Shown here piece by piece: positions 1 to 10,780 of a DNA stretch of 45,931 nucleotides. This DNA comes from Ilumatobacteraceae bacterium (GTDB lineage: Bacteria > Actinomycetota > Acidimicrobiia > Acidimicrobiales > Ilumatobacteraceae): assembly GCA_046716325.1 (NCBI GenBank), contig JBKJXI010000009.1:1-45931 (forward strand). Direction: 5' to 3'. How positions within the stretch are numbered: the first letter of the stretch is position 1; each line of letters starts with the position of its first letter. The position numbers and the translations under genes are program-made. The notes beneath the pieces were generated by a model, which worked only from the letters and a program-made list of their open reading frames with translations, was not told the origin of the DNA and made no database searches.

Positions 1-837
1 GTAACTCACGGAAAGCACCGGAGCGATCCGAGTCATCAAAAATACGCCTGCGGTGACCATTGTTGCAGCATGGATTAATGCCGATACCGGCGTCGGACCC
101 TCCATTGCATCGGGCAGCCAGAAATACAGTGGCAATTGGGCACTCTTGCCACAGGCACCGAGGAACAACAACAAGGCAATGGAAGTTGCGGTTACCGGTG
201 CCAGACTCCCGGCGTGCGCGGCTTCGTTAATTCCGGAGTAGGACAATGTTCCAAGAGTGCTGAAGGCGAGAAACATCGCGATCATCACCCCTACATCTCC
301 AACCCGATTGACGATGAATGCTTTCTTACCGGCGACCGCCGCGCTATTTCGGGCGTGCCAAAACGCGATGAGCAGGTACGAGCAAGCACCCACTCCCTCC
401 CAACCCAGGAAAGTGACGAGCAAATTTTCGCCAAGCACCAACATCAGCATCGAAAATATGAACAGGTTGAGATAGAGAAAGAATTTGGAGAAATTCGTGT
501 CGCCGTGCATGTATCCGATGGCATAAAAATGAATGAGCGAACCGATTCCGGTGACAAACAGTGCCATCGTGATGCTCAGCGGATCGGCGACGATCGCCAT
601 GTCTACGCTTAATGAACCAACTGGAATCCACGAGAACAAGTTGACGACATGGTCACGTTTGCCCGCGGGTTTTGTCAACAGGTCGGCAAAGACCCCGACT
701 ACGACAGCGAAGGACACCGTCGGCATCAACGCTGCCAGCCATCCCGATCGTGGATCGCCCATGCGACGTCCGAATAGCAACAACAGCACGGCACCAAGAA
801 GTGGAAAGGCGGGCACGAGCCAGATCAAATCAACCAT
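1..837 (-). CDS. nuoL: NADH-quinone oxidoreductase subunit L, N-terminal 279 codons (3' end runs off the window)
   Basis: Absent from the ORF track because there is no stop inside the window. The reverse complement from ATG at 837-835 reads MVDLIWLVPAFPLLGAVLLLLFGRR...FLGWEGVGACSYLLIAFW...LPDAMEGPTPVSALIHAATMV and stays open to base 1. These are typical NuoL/ND5 motifs. The gene lies 10 nt after nuoK. Confidence 0.9.
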   Translation of the reverse strand, partial: MVDLIWLVPAFPLLGAVLLLLFGRRMGDPRSGWLAALMPTVSFAVVVGVFADLLTKPAGKRDHVVNLFSWIPVGSLSVDMAIVADPLSITMALFVTGIGSLIHFYAIGYMHGDTNFSKFFLYLNLFIFSMLMLVLGENLLVTFLGWEGVGACSYLLIAFWHARNSAAVAGKKAFIVNRVGDVGVMIAMFLAFSTLGTLSYSGINEAAHAGSLAPVTATSIALLLFLGACGKSAQLPLYFWLPDAMEGPTPVSALIHAATMVTAGVFLMTRIAPVLSVSY

Positions 838-847
838 GTTGTCGTGC

Positions 848-1168
848 TTAACCCTTCAGGACCGCAAGATCATCGGCATTCGCACCCGTGCGCCTGCGCA
901 TGATCGCCACAATGATGCTCAGCCCAACGACCACTTCCGCGGCGGCGACAACTAGGACAAAAAATACAATGGTCTGCCCGCTGATGTCGTTGAGTTGTCG
1001 ACCGAGCGTGACAAATGTCAGATTCACGGCGTTGAGCATCAATTCGATACACATAAACATCACCAACGGATTGCGTCGAACGAGAACTCCAAATGTGCCG
1101 ATGACGAAAAGCACAGCAGACAGCAACAAATACCACATTGGCGTCGGCTCAACGACTACAGCAATCAC
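848..1168 (-). CDS. nuoK: NADH-quinone oxidoreductase subunit K
   Basis: 106-aa protein with 3 TM segments and the motif [15 protein letters not shown] start overlaps the nuoJ stop (GTGA). Position in the nuo order fits. Confidence 0.9.
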   Translation of the reverse strand: MIAVVVEPTPMWYLLLSAVLFVIGTFGVLVRRNPLVMFMCIELMLNAVNLTFVTLGRQLNDISGQTIVFFVLVVAAAEVVVGLSIIVAIMRRRTGANADDLAVLKG

Positions 1169-1719
1169 GATGGCCGGCCACTGACTGGACGTGTATCGGT
1201 TGGGCGGCGCCTGGAGAGCAATACCGTGCCGACGACCGCCACCACCAACAACACCGAGGTCACTTCGAAGGCCACGACATAGTCGGCAAACACAGAGCGA
1301 GCTAATTGCACGATGTTGGCGTCGGCCGAATCCGTCGTTGCGCTGTTTATACCGGTCCCGCGTGTAACTACCGCGTCTGTTCCATCGACAATTGCCGCGA
1401 CCAAAACGCCTAGCAAGCCCAGACCAACAACTACCGCAAGTCCTCGTTGTCCCGTAAGTGGGTCTGTACGAAGGTCCTCGGCCCGATCAACGCCTAGCAA
1501 CATGACAACGAAGAGGAACAGCACCACGATGGCACCGGCATACACGATCACCTGCACCGCGGCAAGAAATTCTGCGTGCTGGGACACGAAGAGTACGGCG
1601 ATTCCAAACAGTGTGAGCACCAGGCTCAACGCGGCGTGCACTGGATTGCCGCGTACCACCACACCTATCGCACCAACTATCACCATGATTGCGGCGCAGA
1701 CAAATACGAAGAATTCCAC
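1165..1719 (-). CDS. nuoJ: NADH-quinone oxidoreductase subunit J
   Basis: 184-aa hydrophobic protein ([21 protein letters not shown]). Position between nuoI and nuoK fits. 1-nt overlap with the nuoI stop. Confidence 0.85.
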   Translation of the reverse strand: MEFFVFVCAAIMVIVGAIGVVVRGNPVHAALSLVLTLFGIAVLFVSQHAEFLAAVQVIVYAGAIVVLFLFVVMLLGVDRAEDLRTDPLTGQRGLAVVVGLGLLGVLVAAIVDGTDAVVTRGTGINSATTDSADANIVQLARSVFADYVVAFEVTSVLLVVAVVGTVLLSRRRPTDTRPVSGRPS

Positions 1720-2378
1720 TAGTCCTCGCTGCTTTCCGGCGACCGGACTCCGTAGCCCAATTCGGCGCCCCAGGCAACTACACCATTAAAGGCAGCGTCA
1801 CCGCTCGACGCTGTGGCTCGCATCCATCCTGAAGTATTCAGATCTTCGCCGGGTCGCCAATCTTCCCATAGCAGTTGCTGTGGTTTACCTTCATCATCGA
1901 CTAGCAGTTCATCTCGGGTATAGATCGCATCTTGGCGATTTGTAAATGAAAACTCAAATAGTTTGGTTTCGGTGATGGCTTCGGTTGGGCATGCCTCGAC
2001 ACACAGATCACAATGGATGCAACGCAAATAGTTGATCTCGTAAATCCAGCCGAATCGCTCCCCCGGTGAGGTGGGATTTTCAGGGTCGTTGTCGGCGCCC
2101 CGCACATGAATGCACTTGGCTGGACACACTGCGGCGCAAAGTTCGCAGCCGATGCACTTTTCCATTCCGTCCTCGTAGCGGTTGAGCACATGACGGCCGT
2201 GGAGCCGTTCGGGTTTAGGAATCTTGGCGTCCATTTCCATGGCGCGCTTACTGGCTACTCCATCGCGTGACTTTCTCTGGCTACGGCGAAGTACCCTCCC
2301 ACCCGAGTATTGCGTGGTGACCTGGTTTTTTGCGCCGCGCTGGCGCATTGTGACGAGAAATCCCCCTAAGTAGCCCAT
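1719..2378 (-). CDS. nuoI: NADH-quinone oxidoreductase subunit I (2x[4Fe-4S])
   Basis: Carries [12 protein letters not shown] and [12 protein letters not shown] motifs. The ORF-track call (to 2669) runs into nuoH. ATG at 2378 overlaps the nuoH TAA by 1 nt and gives 219 aa. Confidence 0.9.
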   Translation of the reverse strand: MGYLGGFLVTMRQRGAKNQVTTQYSGGRVLRRSQRKSRDGVASKRAMEMDAKIPKPERLHGRHVLNRYEDGMEKCIGCELCAAVCPAKCIHVRGADNDPENPTSPGERFGWIYEINYLRCIHCDLCVEACPTEAITETKLFEFSFTNRQDAIYTRDELLVDDEGKPQQLLWEDWRPGEDLNTSGWMRATASSGDAAFNGVVAWGAELGYGVRSPESSED

Positions 2379-3604
2379 TAGAACATTGACCCCTCTAACT
2401 GGCGGTGACGTGCGCTCACACGAAATGCAATCTGCAGTAATCCATAGGCGAGTGTCAAAACAACCACGGACACCAAAGTAACCGCGATGATGTTCCACCC
2501 TTGATCCCGTCCAACTCGTTGTGCGGCAAGCAACATGAACCAACCGAGAGCGGCGGGAATGAGCACTTTCCAGCCGAAATCCATGAGCTGGTCGTAACGG
2601 AATCGAGGCAGGGTGGCCCGTAACCACACGTATATATAGAGGAATATCAGCACCTTGGCAAATAGCCAAATCGAGCCCTCAACAGAATTGGGAATGAGCG
2701 GAATATCCAGCACGGTGCTGCCGATGGAAACTGGTTGAGGGCCACCAAAGAAGATCGTGACAATCAGTGCCGACATGGTCACGGTGTTCATGAACTCGGC
2801 GAGATAAAAGAGCGCAAACCGAATTGACGAATACTCGGTGTTGAAACCGCCGACAAGCTCCTGTTCGGCCTCAACGAGATCAAATGGTGGCCGATTGAGT
2901 TCTGCGGTTGCCGCAACGAAAAAAATGAGGAACGGTATGAGACCGGTGACGATCACATTCCAGCGACCGATCGTCGACTGGGCTGCGACAATTCCGTTTG
3001 TGGAAAGTGTTCCCGACACCAGCAATACCGAGGCGAGCGACAACCCGAGGGCGGCCTCGTAACTCACCATTTGAGCCGAGGCGCGTACGGACCCGAGGAG
3101 CGGATACTTAGATCCACTCGACCATCCTGCCAGCATGATTCCGTACACGGCAATGGACGAAATGACTAGCGCAAACAGCACGCCAATCGGAGGATCTGCA
3201 AGTTGTACTCGAGTTTCGTGGCCAAACCAGGTGACTATGCCCGAGTTGCCGTTGCGAAAATCACCCCCAAGTGGAATGATCGCAAATGCAAGAAACGCGG
3301 GAACGAACGCCAGGAATGGTGCGAGCTTGAACACGAAGCGGTCCGAACGCTCTGGGATTAGGTCTTCCTTGAAGAACAGCTTGATTCCGTCGGCGAGTGT
3401 TTGCAAAATACCGAATGGACCGGCCTTGTTTGGTCCGATGCGGTTCTGCATGCCGGAAATCACTTTGCGCTCGAACCATACCATCAACATGGTGGCGACG
3501 AGACCTGTGACAAACACGACTACAACTTTCAATACCACGATCGTCAGAGGCATCCAGAGAACATCACCATTGACGAGTGGATCAATCGCAAATATGGCGT
3601 CCAC
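2378..3604 (-). CDS. nuoH: NADH-quinone oxidoreductase subunit H
   Basis: 408-aa polytopic protein with [34 protein letters not shown], typical of NuoH/ND1. GTG start overlaps the nuoG TAG by 1 nt. Confidence 0.92.
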   Translation of the reverse strand: MDAIFAIDPLVNGDVLWMPLTIVVLKVVVVFVTGLVATMLMVWFERKVISGMQNRIGPNKAGPFGILQTLADGIKLFFKEDLIPERSDRFVFKLAPFLAFVPAFLAFAIIPLGGDFRNGNSGIVTWFGHETRVQLADPPIGVLFALVISSIAVYGIMLAGWSSGSKYPLLGSVRASAQMVSYEAALGLSLASVLLVSGTLSTNGIVAAQSTIGRWNVIVTGLIPFLIFFVAATAELNRPPFDLVEAEQELVGGFNTEYSSIRFALFYLAEFMNTVTMSALIVTIFFGGPQPVSIGSTVLDIPLIPNSVEGSIWLFAKVLIFLYIYVWLRATLPRFRYDQLMDFGWKVLIPAALGWFMLLAAQRVGRDQGWNIIAVTLVSVVVLTLAYGLLQIAFRVSARHRQLEGSMF

Positions 3605-5940
3605 TAGATGTGCTCGATTCGAACGTCACAAACATCACTGGATAGGTCGATCAATTCGCGAACATCCGCTCCCGGTTGGTTGAATGGAATCCAAGCGGTA
3701 CCAACCATTACATCGGACGACTCATGCAGGGCCACCACCAGCGTCGCTCGATCGGACGTCACTTTGACCTCGACACCACTTTGAACACCGATTCGTGCTC
3801 GATCGAGTGGATGCACATAAACGCCTGCGGCGCCCGCAAGCGGAGCAAGCGAAGGGCTCTTGGCTGTTCCTTGGGCGCCGTCGTACAACTTGCGACTAAC
3901 TATCAAGCGATGCTTGAACGAATTGTGGTCGGCGACGGTTGAGTCAGACCTTGCCAGATTGACCGGATGAGGGTGATTCATGAGTACGCCTTCGTGTCGG
4001 ATTTTCTTGTCATCGCGTGCCGGTGCGAAGGCCGGTACATTGTCGACCATCAGTCGATGAATGTCGGAGTAGCTCGATATTCCAAGATCTTTGCCCACCG
4101 CAATAGCCAGTTCGACGGCAATCATCCAGTCGGGTCGAGAAGTACCTGCCGGGGTAATTTTTTGGGCCAAGGTGCTTAGCCGTCCCTCGAGGTTGGTTGT
4201 CGTGCCGATCTTTTCCCCGTAGGCGGCCGCTGGTAGTACGACATCGGCTGCGGAACTCGATGCGGTGAGAAAGGTATCGACTGCGATTATTCCGCGGGCG
4301 CCAGCGATGCCTCGTCGAGCCAAGTCGGCATCGGGAACATCGGCGAGCGGATCTGCGCCGAGCAAGATGAGGCACTCAATCTTGCCCGCCGCGGCGGCGG
4401 CCAAAATGTCTGCCGTGTCACCAGCACCCGACCTCGGAGTGAGCCCGGCAGCAGTTGCCCCGCGGACGTTTCCACGACGAAGTGTCGGCAGGACACGCCC
4501 ATGAGGCGCGAGATGGAGAACCTCGGCTAGCGCGCTGAGAACAAACTCGGGGGACTCAGCAAGGTTTGCCCGCCCGACGATCACCACAACATCCCCACGA
4601 CCCAGTTGCTCGGAAATCTCCTCGCTAGACCCGGCCTGTCGAATGGCGGCGGCGAGTTTGCCACCTTCCGACTGAAAGCTGCGCCAGGCATAGGGCGTCA
4701 GTCCCGTCCCGTGCGCGGTGAACTCGATGATTCTGGCGGTGCGCTTTTCTGCGGCGTGGCGAACACGCAAATACAACACCGGAAGCTCTTCCTTTAGGTC
4801 TGGAGCCAACAAGATGATGGTCGGAACACGATTGATGTCGTCGATGGTCGCCTGCGGAAGGGCAAAAATTTCGACCGGCAGCCCATCGGCGAGTTGGCAG
4901 TCACGTTGATTGACATTGAGGGCATCGGCCAGCATGGCCCAGGCGTACGCATCCTCGTTCGTGCCCCGGGCACCGCCAACAATCGCTACCGACTCCGGAC
5001 CGACAGCAATGGCGGTTCGCAGCATTCGAGCCGCAACATCCAACGCCACGGCCCACGATGTTTCAACTAGTCCGCTGTCACCCTTAACAAACGGTGTTGT
5101 GAGCCGCTCGAAACTATTCACCGCTTCAAAATTGAAGCGTCCCTTGTCGCATAGCCACCCCCAGTTCACGGTGTCGATGTCGACGCCCTGATATCGCACC
5201 AACTCGTCGCGACTACTTTGGACAACAGTTCGGCAGCCAACTGAACACGTGGTGCAGGTGCTCTCTTCTTGATCCAAATCCCAAGGACGGGCCTTGAACC
5301 GATACGGCTGCGCGGTGAGAGCCCCGACGGGACAAATCTGCACGGTGTTGCCTGAAAAATAGGAACTGAATGGTTGATCGGGAAACGTGAGCACCTGGGT
5401 GTTGCTGCCACGGTTGACAAACGTGATCAGTGGATCGCCAGCCACTTCATCGGCGAACCGTGTACAACGGTCACACAAGATGCAGCGCTCTCGATCCAGA
5501 CTCACCAAGTTGCTGATTGGAATCGGTTTTTCAAAGTGGCGCTTCTCTTCGACAAATCGACTTTCCCCGGGACCGTGACTGAATGCCTGATCTTGCAATG
5601 GGCATTCACCCCCCTTGTCGCACACCGGACAGTCCAGCGGGTGGTTGGCCAATAGCAACTCCAGGACTCCCTCTTGAGCTCTCTTGACCCCTTCTGTAGT
5701 TGTTCTCACGACTTGACCCTCGGCGACCGGTGTCATGCACGAAACCACCAACATTGGTCCGCGGGAACCTTCAATTTCGACAAAGCATTGGCGACACATG
5801 CCCACCGGTGTCATTCGTGGGTGGTAGCAAAATGATGGGACAAAAGTTCCGGCGTCCTGACAGGCGTCGATGACGAGTTGACCAGGAGCCGCCACATGCG
5901 ACTTTCCGTCAATCGTGATTGACAGTGATTTCTTAGACAT
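3604..5940 (-). CDS. nuoG: NADH-quinone oxidoreductase subunit G (molybdopterin-oxidoreductase-like Fe-S subunit)
   Basis: From ATG 5940: MSKKSLSITIDGKSHVAAPGQLVIDACQDAGTFVPSFCYHPRMTPVGMCRQCFVEIEG, followed by HPLDCPVCDKGGECPLQD. The upstream 100 codons of the ORF-track call overlap nuoF and were trimmed. Confidence 0.9.
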   Translation of the reverse strand: MSKKSLSITIDGKSHVAAPGQLVIDACQDAGTFVPSFCYHPRMTPVGMCRQCFVEIEGSRGPMLVVSCMTPVAEGQVVRTTTEGVKRAQEGVLELLLANHPLDCPVCDKGGECPLQDQAFSHGPGESRFVEEKRHFEKPIPISNLVSLDRERCILCDRCTRFADEVAGDPLITFVNRGSNTQVLTFPDQPFSSYFSGNTVQICPVGALTAQPYRFKARPWDLDQEESTCTTCSVGCRTVVQSSRDELVRYQGVDIDTVNWGWLCDKGRFNFEAVNSFERLTTPFVKGDSGLVETSWAVALDVAARMLRTAIAVGPESVAIVGGARGTNEDAYAWAMLADALNVNQRDCQLADGLPVEIFALPQATIDDINRVPTIILLAPDLKEELPVLYLRVRHAAEKRTARIIEFTAHGTGLTPYAWRSFQSEGGKLAAAIRQAGSSEEISEQLGRGDVVVIVGRANLAESPEFVLSALAEVLHLAPHGRVLPTLRRGNVRGATAAGLTPRSGAGDTADILAAAAAGKIECLILLGADPLADVPDADLARRGIAGARGIIAVDTFLTASSSAADVVLPAAAYGEKIGTTTNLEGRLSTLAQKITPAGTSRPDWMIAVELAIAVGKDLGISSYSDIHRLMVDNVPAFAPARDDKKIRHEGVLMNHPHPVNLARSDSTVADHNSFKHRLIVSRKLYDGAQGTAKSPSLAPLAGAAGVYVHPLDRARIGVQSGVEVKVTSDRATLVVALHESSDVMVGTAWIPFNQPGADVRELIDLSSDVCDVRIEHI

Positions 5941-7309
5941 GGGCGCGAATTCCTTCGGGGCGAAGGACGTCGTCGACCCCGTCGATCGGTCGACCGTAGG
6001 CGATGTAGTGATCAAATTCGTGGCGAAATCGTCGAACGGCGGATGCAATCGGCGAAACTGCCGATGGTCCGAGCGGACAAATTGTGGTTTGGAGGGGTGG
6101 CCACGCAATACCGGGACTGATGCTTTCGCTGATCTCAAAAAGCAGATCAATGTCTTCGGGCCGACCCTGACCATCCAGAATTCGACGCAAAACTTGCTCG
6201 AGCCACGTGGTTCCCTCCCGACAGGGTGTGCACTTTCCACACGACTCGCGAGCGAAAAATCTCACAATCCGCCAACACGCGGAAACCATGTCGGTGGTCT
6301 GATCCATTGCCACGATGGCCCCCGAGCCAAGCATTGAACCGGCTTTGTCAACCGTTGGTTTGTCAAGAGCCAAATCAAGATGTTCGTCGAAGAACCACAT
6401 CGCCGAAGCTCCTCCCGGAATGAAAGCCTTGACGGTGCCCCCGTTGCGCACTCCGCCGCAATACTCGGGTGCTTCGAACAGCATCCGAAACGTCGTCACA
6501 CCGTTAGGAACTTCAAATACGCCCGGTCGATTGACATGGCCCGACACTGAAAACATCCGCATTCCGGTCGAGGTCGGCGCGCCAATACTTCGAAATGATC
6601 CGCCGCCGTCGTTGATAATGGCGGGCAGGTTTGCCAGCGTCTCAACATTGTTGACAATGGTGGGTTGCATATACAACCCCTTCACAGCGGGGAAAAACGG
6701 AGGCTTCAACCTTGGCATCCCACGCTCACCTTCCAAGCTTTCGATGAGGGCGGTCTCTTCGCCGACGATGTAAGCGCCGGCCCCCCAGGTGAGGGTGATG
6801 TCAAGTGAAAATTGCGAACCGCAAACATTGCGACCCACCATGTTGTTGGCGTATGCGACATTGAGTGCCTCGGCCAATCGCTCTTGAGCCAGGGCCATTT
6901 CGCCGCGAACATATAAAAAGGCGTGGGCCGCATTGACGGCAAAACTTGCCAACATCATTCCCTCGATGAGTTGGTGCGGATCGAGCTCCATCAGCAGTCG
7001 ATCCTTGTAGGTGCCAGGTTCGCTCTCGTCGCCATTGACCACCAGATATCGCGGGTGAACATCGGGAGGTAGAAACCCCCATTTTGTTGCGGCCAGAAAC
7101 CCGGCACCTCCTCGACCTTGGATCTCGGCCGCCTTGACCTCGTCTTGAACTTGTTCGGGGGTCATCGAAGTCAGTGCTTTACGCAGGGCTACATAACCTC
7201 CGGTGCGGACATATCCCTCATATGTGTAGCCGTCCGCGATCTCGAAGCGACCGGTGATCAGGCGCGGTCCGGTTGGAACCTGTCCCGGCGTCGAGAACCG
7301 GCTGCTCAC
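5933..7309 (-). CDS. nuoF: NADH-quinone oxidoreductase subunit F (FMN/NADH-binding)
   Basis: Motifs GRGGAGF, GAGAYIVGEETALIESLEG and ESCGKCTPCREG. 458 aa. Confidence 0.93.
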   Translation of the reverse strand: MSSRFSTPGQVPTGPRLITGRFEIADGYTYEGYVRTGGYVALRKALTSMTPEQVQDEVKAAEIQGRGGAGFLAATKWGFLPPDVHPRYLVVNGDESEPGTYKDRLLMELDPHQLIEGMMLASFAVNAAHAFLYVRGEMALAQERLAEALNVAYANNMVGRNVCGSQFSLDITLTWGAGAYIVGEETALIESLEGERGMPRLKPPFFPAVKGLYMQPTIVNNVETLANLPAIINDGGGSFRSIGAPTSTGMRMFSVSGHVNRPGVFEVPNGVTTFRMLFEAPEYCGGVRNGGTVKAFIPGGASAMWFFDEHLDLALDKPTVDKAGSMLGSGAIVAMDQTTDMVSACWRIVRFFARESCGKCTPCREGTTWLEQVLRRILDGQGRPEDIDLLFEISESISPGIAWPPLQTTICPLGPSAVSPIASAVRRFRHEFDHYIAYGRPIDGVDDVLRPEGIRAHV

Positions 7310-7315
7310 TGGCGG

Positions 7316-7903
7316 CTACCTCTCATCGACGATCGCCTGTGCTTCGATTCCATTGTTCGACCACGAATCTTGGGTTTGCTGACGAACGCGAGAAAGTGTT
7401 CCAAACGGTGGAATCTCGTCTGCGTTCCGACCATTTCGCAAATCGTCCAGCAGCTGATCAAAGTTTGTCGGCGTGACCTTATAGCGATAGCGGTAATTCA
7501 CCTGAATGGCAGGAGCTTCCGTGCACGCCGCAATGCACTCGACATCCTCGAGCGTGAACATTCCATCTTCCGTGGTTCCGCCGGCCTTGATTCCGAGCCG
7601 GTTTTCGGCATGGTGCAAGAGATTCCACGAGCCGACCAAATGACACGAGATGTTGGTGCAGATATTGATGCAGTATTTGCCGATCGGCTCGAACTTGAAC
7701 ATTTCATAGAAACTGGCGGTTCCGTATACATCCGCTGCGGTAACTCCAAGCAATTCACCGATGTGAATCATCGCCTCGTTGCTGACATGTCCGTCCTGTT
7801 CCTGCGCTAAATGCAGCAGCGGAATCATCGCCGACTTGGGACGAGGAAATCGAGCCATGATCTCTTTGGCGAGGGTTACATTGGCATCGCTCAGGCGGCT
7901 CAT
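7316..7903 (-). CDS. nuoE: NADH-quinone oxidoreductase subunit E ([2Fe-2S])
   Basis: Motifs YGTASFYEMF, CTNISCHL and ECIAACTEAP. Position between nuoD and nuoF fits. Confidence 0.9.
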   Translation of the reverse strand: MSRLSDANVTLAKEIMARFPRPKSAMIPLLHLAQEQDGHVSNEAMIHIGELLGVTAADVYGTASFYEMFKFEPIGKYCINICTNISCHLVGSWNLLHHAENRLGIKAGGTTEDGMFTLEDVECIAACTEAPAIQVNYRYRYKVTPTNFDQLLDDLRNGRNADEIPPFGTLSRVRQQTQDSWSNNGIEAQAIVDER

Positions 7904-9240
7904 CGATCGACTTCTCCCAGCACGGGATCGACCGACGAAATGACCGCCACGGCGTCGGCCACCAGACCTCCACGCATCATGTGCGGCAAGGTTTGGAGAT
8001 TTACGAACGAAGGCGCGCGTACATGCATGCGATACGGCGTCGCGGAACCATCGCTAGCGATGTAACAGCCAATCTCGCCACGAGGACTCTCGATCGCCAA
8101 ATACACCTCGCCTTCCGGCACTTTGAAACCCTCGGTAAAGATCTTGAAGTGGTGAATGAGAGCCTCCATAGACTCGTCAATTCGTGCTCGTGGCGGCGGG
8201 GTGACTTTTTTATTTTGAACGCGAAAGTCGCCGCTTGGCATTCGATCAAGAATTTGGCGCACGATCTTTATCGACTCGCGAATTTCGGCAAGGCGAATAG
8301 CGTAGCGATCGTAGCAATCGCCAAAACTTCCGACGATGACATCAAAGTCAAGTTCGTCGTAGTGAAGATAGGGCATATCGCGGCGCAGATCCCATGACAC
8401 GCCGGTGCTTCGCAAAATGGGGCCAGTCGCACTCAGTGCCACCGCCTCCTGTTGAGTAATGACGCCGACTCCCTGTAAGCGTTCGCGCCAAATCGGTTGA
8501 TCCGTCATCAAAATGTCGTATTCGGCCAATCGCGCCGGCAGCATCTCAAGAATCGCAAGTACATCATCGCGCCAACCTGCGGGAAGATCGGCCGCTACCC
8601 CGCCCGGACGGATGAAGTTGTGGTTCATCCGCAGGCCTGTGACTTTCTGGAAGAACCGCAAGACCTCTTCGCGTTCGCGCCACCCATAGAGCATCATTGA
8701 AATTGCCCCGATGTCCATTCCGTTTGTGGCCATGAACAACAGGTGACTACTCATTCGATTCAGTTCCGACAGCAGCATCCGCATCCACACCGCGCGTTCG
8801 GGAATATCGCCGTCGATGCCAAGCAGTTTCTCGGTAGCCATGGAGAAAACGAGTTCGTTACTGAGCGGCGAGACGTAGTCCATACGGGTCACATTCGTGC
8901 CGCCCTGCATGAAGGTAAGTGATTCGCCCGTCTTTTCCATGCCTGTGTGTAGATAGCCAACGATTGGTTTGCAGCGCAATACGGTCTCGCCCTGAAGCTC
9001 GAGCATCAGGCGCAAGACGCCGTGTGTGCTCGGGTGCTGGGGACCCATGTTGATGATCATGGTCTGGTCTTCGGCAACCTCAGTAGCAACCTCGGACAGC
9101 AGCGCCGCTTCGGCTTCGCTCATTCGCAGCACTGCACCAACCTCGCGCAGGACCTCCTTAGCCGAAAGCAACTTACGAGGTTGCAGTTCTTGACGACCCT
9201 CGTAGGTGTCGGCTGCAAAAACATCATCGACATCGGTCAT
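7900..9240 (-). CDS. nuoD: NADH-quinone oxidoreductase subunit D
   Basis: Motifs MIINMGPQHPSTHGVLRL and a C-terminal DPVLGEVDR. ATG 9240 overlaps the nuoC TGA (ATGA). The upstream 24 codons of the ORF-track call were trimmed. Confidence 0.92.
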   Translation of the reverse strand: MTDVDDVFAADTYEGRQELQPRKLLSAKEVLREVGAVLRMSEAEAALLSEVATEVAEDQTMIINMGPQHPSTHGVLRLMLELQGETVLRCKPIVGYLHTGMEKTGESLTFMQGGTNVTRMDYVSPLSNELVFSMATEKLLGIDGDIPERAVWMRMLLSELNRMSSHLLFMATNGMDIGAISMMLYGWREREEVLRFFQKVTGLRMNHNFIRPGGVAADLPAGWRDDVLAILEMLPARLAEYDILMTDQPIWRERLQGVGVITQQEAVALSATGPILRSTGVSWDLRRDMPYLHYDELDFDVIVGSFGDCYDRYAIRLAEIRESIKIVRQILDRMPSGDFRVQNKKVTPPPRARIDESMEALIHHFKIFTEGFKVPEGEVYLAIESPRGEIGCYIASDGSATPYRMHVRAPSFVNLQTLPHMMRGGLVADAVAVISSVDPVLGEVDR

Positions 9241-9713
9241 GAGGCGGCACCCTTGAACTGAACCGGAATCTGACCTGCCGCGTAGTCCTTGCGCAGCGGA
9301 TGACCATCCCAATCTTCCGGCATCAGAATTCGCGTGAGGTCCGGATGATTATTGAACTTGACTCCGAACATGTCGAAGACTTCGCGCTCCATGGCCTCGG
9401 TGCCGGGATAAATCTCGAACAGCGAGTCGATGCTCGCATCGTTCTCACTCACCTGCACTCGCAACCGCAATCTCTTGTGGTGTTGCATCGACAGCAAATT
9501 GACAACAACCTCGAAACGCTCCGCGGGGATGTCGGCCGGCAGATTTCGACCCGGATGGACTAGAAAATCAACGGCCGTGAGGTCCACGCACATTTCGAAT
9601 CCGTCGAGAGCGATTCTCTTGACTGTTTCGATGTACCGATCCTTGGCGACAAACAGCACACGCTGTCCGTTGCTCTCAACTAGAGGCGACCCGTATGACT
9701 CAGAGGAAGTCAT
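9237..9713 (-). CDS. nuoC: NADH-quinone oxidoreductase subunit C
   Basis: 158 aa with YPGTEAMEREVFDMFGVKFNNHPDLTRILMPEDW, typical of the NuoC/30-kDa subunit. Confidence 0.9.
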   Translation of the reverse strand: MTSSESYGSPLVESNGQRVLFVAKDRYIETVKRIALDGFEMCVDLTAVDFLVHPGRNLPADIPAERFEVVVNLLSMQHHKRLRLRVQVSENDASIDSLFEIYPGTEAMEREVFDMFGVKFNNHPDLTRILMPEDWDGHPLRKDYAAGQIPVQFKGAAS

Positions 9714-9716
9714 TAA

Positions 9717-10301
9717 CTACTTCGATCCAAGGATTACAGGGGTAATGCTTCCTGCCGGAATTTCTTGCACATGGACACCGGCACCGGCACCACTATCCGA
9801 CCGGCGTCGCATGATTTCTCCGCTTTCGACGAGTTGGTGCAGGGTTTCGATGGCGTGAATCAGCGTCTCTGGAGTTGGAGGACAGCCCGGCGCGTACACA
9901 TCGACGGGGACAATCTGATCGACTCCCTGGACGATCGCATAGTTGTTGAACATGCCACCGCTGCTGGCGCAAACTCCCATTGAGATCACCCATTTTGGTT
10001 CCATCATTTGGTCATACACCTGCCGCAATACCGGCGCCATTTTCTGGCTCACCCGGCCTGCCACGATCATGATGTCGGCCTGCCTTGGCGAAGCGCGAAA
10101 CACTTCCATTCCAAATCGGGCGAGATCGTAGTGCGCCGTACCGGTCGCCATCATTTCGATCGCGCAACAGGCCAACCCAAACGTGACGCCCCAACTAGAG
10201 CGAGACCTGGACCACTTCACCACATCTTCGATCCGACCGGTGAGAAAGTTGCTCTCCAGTCCGCTGAGTCCCTCATCGAGAACATTTCGAACGGTGCCCA
10301 T
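9717..10301 (-). CDS. nuoB: NADH-quinone oxidoreductase subunit B ([4Fe-4S] N2)
   Basis: Motifs [24 protein letters not shown] and YAPGCPP. Confidence 0.93.
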   Translation of the reverse strand: MGTVRNVLDEGLSGLESNFLTGRIEDVVKWSRSRSSWGVTFGLACCAIEMMATGTAHYDLARFGMEVFRASPRQADIMIVAGRVSQKMAPVLRQVYDQMMEPKWVISMGVCASSGGMFNNYAIVQGVDQIVPVDVYAPGCPPTPETLIHAIETLHQLVESGEIMRRRSDSGAGAGVHVQEIPAGSITPVILGSK

Positions 10302-10777
10302 TATTTCGACACTTCGTTAGTACGGCCATCTAGTCCGACAACGCGCACCGCATATTCCGGCTTTGGCATGGCGAGCGAAATCTCATTGCCGCTACCTTGT
10401 ACTAGGCGTGCCGCTCGATGAATCGGTCCCCAATCCAATGCCCCCCGAGCGATCGCATACACAAACGCGGCGAAGAAAACGAAACTGAATGCGACCATTT
10501 CAAAGAACGCGAACGAACCAAGTTCCTGGCGACTAACCGCATAGGGATAGGCGAAGATGATCTCAATGTCGAACATGATGAACAGCATTGCCACGATGTA
10601 AAAACTCACCGGAAATCGCTCTGGTGCTTCGCGACTCGGAACAATGCCGCATTCGTACGGCGCGGACTTAGCGCTATTGGGACGCCTGGGGGCCAGCAAC
10701 TTGGAGGCCATCGAACTAAGTAGTCCGAATATGGCCGCAAGTAGCACTAATACCACGACTGGTAGGTATTGACCCAC
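10301..10777 (-). CDS. nuoA: NADH-quinone oxidoreductase subunit A (with a C-terminal extension)
   Basis: Motifs [21 protein letters not shown] and 3 TM segments. First gene of the nuo order. About 40 extra C-terminal residues. Confidence 0.88.
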   Translation of the reverse strand: MGQYLPVVVLVLLAAIFGLLSSMASKLLAPRRPNSAKSAPYECGIVPSREAPERFPVSFYIVAMLFIMFDIEIIFAYPYAVSRQELGSFAFFEMVAFSFVFFAAFVYAIARGALDWGPIHRAARLVQGSGNEISLAMPKPEYAVRVVGLDGRTNEVSK

Positions 10778-10780
10778 AAT

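Noticed and set aside
1719-2669. Long upstream extensions in the ORF track for several genes: nuoI (to 2669), nuoG (to 6240), nuoD (to 9312), the ferredoxin (to 15731), the subunit-IV-like gene (to 14379), the SAM hydrolase (to 29083), the Tat-signal protein (from 41376) and RidA (to 41764).
   Set aside because: Each extension overlaps the well-supported neighbouring gene and has junk-like composition. Each also contains an internal ATG placed exactly at a stop/start junction, after which the recognisable protein begins.
7118-7810. Large antisense ORFs opposite real genes. Examples are 7118-7810, 20137-20667, 24029-24691, 24797-25468, 32085-32792, 33334-34146, 33617-34150, 38017-38580 and 42993-43565.
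   Set aside because: Their translations are Arg/Ser/Pro/Cys-rich with no motifs, which is typical of shadow ORFs in GC-rich coding DNA. The opposite strand carries strongly recognisable proteins in every case.
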